DNA from: Octopus sinensis
Lineage: Eukaryota
Direction of reading: 5' to 3'
Length of the DNA: 21,950 nucleotides
Assembly (NCBI RefSeq): GCF_006345805.1
Contig: NW_021823590.1
Location: forward strand, 1 to 21,950
The notes under the pieces were generated by a model that worked only from the letters and a program-made list of their open reading frames with translations, had not been told where the DNA came from and searched no databases. Positions 19,908 through 21,950 of the stretch are shown here, in pieces (the stretch's first letter is position 1; every line of letters begins with the position of its first letter). The position numbers and the translations under genes are program-made.

Positions 19908-20066
19908 TATTTGCGTAGATTCGCAAACCTGATCATTTGTTGTGTTGCGTTGTTGTTACTGCTATTTAGCCACAGGTCAGCACCGATCGAGTGCTGACCT
20001 GTGGCTAAATAGCAGTAACAACAACACAACACAACAAATGATCAGGTTTGTGAATCTACGCAAATA
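19908..20066. repeat. Hairpin with 76-bp arms (19908-19983 / 19991-20066) and a 7-nt loop CGATCGA
   Basis: The arms are reverse complements with 2 mismatches. Confidence 0.97.
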
Positions 20067-20087
20067 CTATTATTATTATTATTATTA

Positions 20088-20143
<56 letters not shown>
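20067..20143. repeat. (TAT)n microsatellite
   Basis: Direct reading of the sequence. Confidence 0.95.
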
Positions 20144-20739
20144 GAGTGAGAGAGCAGTGCATGACACTGGGGTAAGAAGTTCTGTGATCAAAAGCGGTCC
20201 AGCCGTGACAATACAGTACGTCAAAGATCACATTATTCAATACGTCAGTTTTGAGATTTTTTCCTGTTTTTTTTTTTTTTTTTTTTTTTCCATTCTTTTT
20301 CTGTTCTGAAAATTTAACGGACTTCTCCGAGCATCTTGTAGTAACTTCCGCTTGTCTGTATCTTGGCTGTCGCCACCGCCAAGATACACGCAAGCGGAAG
20401 TCACTACTGCGCTGTCATCGTTGTTGTCATCATCATCGTCGTCGTCGTCGTCGTCGTCGCTGTCGTCGTGGTTAATATTATTGTTGATGCTTTAATTGTT
20501 AATATGGTTGTCTTGTTAACAATGGTTTACAGGGTGATTTGTTCAGCCCTAGGTCAGGCCTGGCTGAGCACTTCTGCAATCAAAAATGCTCCAACTGTGA
20601 CCATATGTTTTTTTAATGGAACTCCGTATTCATTTACATCCAGTACTATTAATATTCAGCATGGCTCTTCCGTTTCAAGGACTCATGGTGTGGTTTAAGA
20701 GAGATTTGACTGTTGTTTCTAAGAGGCCTAGTTAATGCT

Positions 20740-21120
20740 AACGCTATCGTTGTCATTTTATGTGTTGTTGGTGGTGGCGCAGCTAATGGTGGTGAGGGCG
20801 ATGGAGGTTGGTGGTTATGGTGGTGATAGCAGTGGTGATGGTAATGGTGGCGGTGGTGGTGATTGCGGTAACCATGGTGGTGGTAGTAGTTGTGGTGAGT
20901 ACATGGTCGTCGTCGTCGGTGTGATGGTGGGCAGTGGTTGTGGTAGTGACAATGGCGACGGTAGTGGTGGCGATGGTAGTAGAGGCGGTGGTGGTGGTGG
21001 TGGTGGTGGTGGTGGTGGTGATGGTGGTGGTGTTGGTCGGTGGTGGTGATGAAGACTGTAGTGCCAGCTGCAGTGGTGGCAGCGATTGGGATGATAATGA
21101 TCACTGCAGTGGTTCTGAAG

Positions 21121-21184
<64 letters not shown>

Positions 21185-21330
21185 CAGCAGTAGCAGCAGC
21201 AGTAGAGTAGTAGTAGTAGTAGTAGTAGTAGTAGACATGATGTTGCTGATGGTGGTTCCCTGGTGATAGGCCATTGTAGAGGTGATTGTTGTAGTGGGGT
21301 GAGGATGTTGTTGTTGGTGGTGGTGGTGTA
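20740..21330. repeat. GGT/GAT/AGT/CGT trinucleotide mosaic
   Basis: Direct reading of the sequence. Confidence 0.9.
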
Positions 21331-21439
21331 GGCTGTACTCTTTTTCATCCTCGCAGACCTCTTTATCATAAATCAGTTTTAAAATGGCGTTAATATTAAA
21401 ACTGAGTTCATCATGTTTTTACAATTTCAACTAATCACA

Positions 21440-21494
21440 CATACATATATTAGACATACGCACACACACACACATACATACATACATACATACA

Positions 21495-21530
<36 letters not shown>

Positions 21531-21837
21531 TGCATATGTATATGTATATACGAAGCACATGTACAAATGTATGGATGGGATATATACATACATGTATATA
21601 TATGTATATGTGTACACACACACACACATATATATGCATATATATATGTGTGTGTGCGCGCGTGTGTGTGTGTGCACAAATATATATATATACAAATGCG
21701 TAAATGTACATATGCACATATACATGTGTCGATATATATTCATGCACAAGTACATACATATATATATATACATATATATATATATGTGTGTGTGTGTGTG
21801 TATGTATATGTGTGTAGGTATGTAAACAAATAGAGTA

Positions 21838-21880
<43 letters not shown>
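21440..21880. repeat. (CA)n/(CATA)n/(TA)n/(TG)n/(GA)n microsatellites
   Basis: Direct reading of the sequence. Confidence 0.92.
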
Positions 21881-21950
21881 CCTGTACAATACCAAAAACT
21901 TATCAAAGCTAAAAAAGTAAAGACCAATCAAATTTCCAGTAGAATATAAA

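Noticed and set aside
26-21931. Dozens of long ORFs rich in IY, HT, MYVC, YLSI and poly-amino-acid runs
   Set aside because: They are translations of stop-free microsatellites and appear in several frames on both strands.
1-21950. CRISPR arrays, rRNA, prokaryotic operon features
   Set aside because: None seen; the sequence is eukaryotic and its repeats lack repeat-spacer organisation.

Overview
AT-rich eukaryotic DNA dense in microsatellites and interspersed repeats. The repeat families look like those I recall from octopod cephalopod genomes; this is recognition from memory, not a database search. Nearly all ORFs in the supplied track are microsatellite translations, and no complete gene is recognisable. 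The window holds about ten tRNA-derived SINE pieces, two non-autonomous Helitrons, a decayed Chapaev3-like DDE transposase, an internally deleted CR1/L2-type LINE and Penelope-like fragments. It also holds four near-perfect inverted duplications, an NRF1-motif cluster (candidate promoter) and a phase-compatible chain of short candidate + strand exons encoding an unidentified peptide. The best finding is a nearly intact type I hammerhead ribozyme (7320-7381). It sits in a 472-bp terminally redundant element inserted in (TA)n, an architecture like a retrozyme or Penelope pseudo-LTR. Repeat boundaries are approximate unless a junction is quoted.
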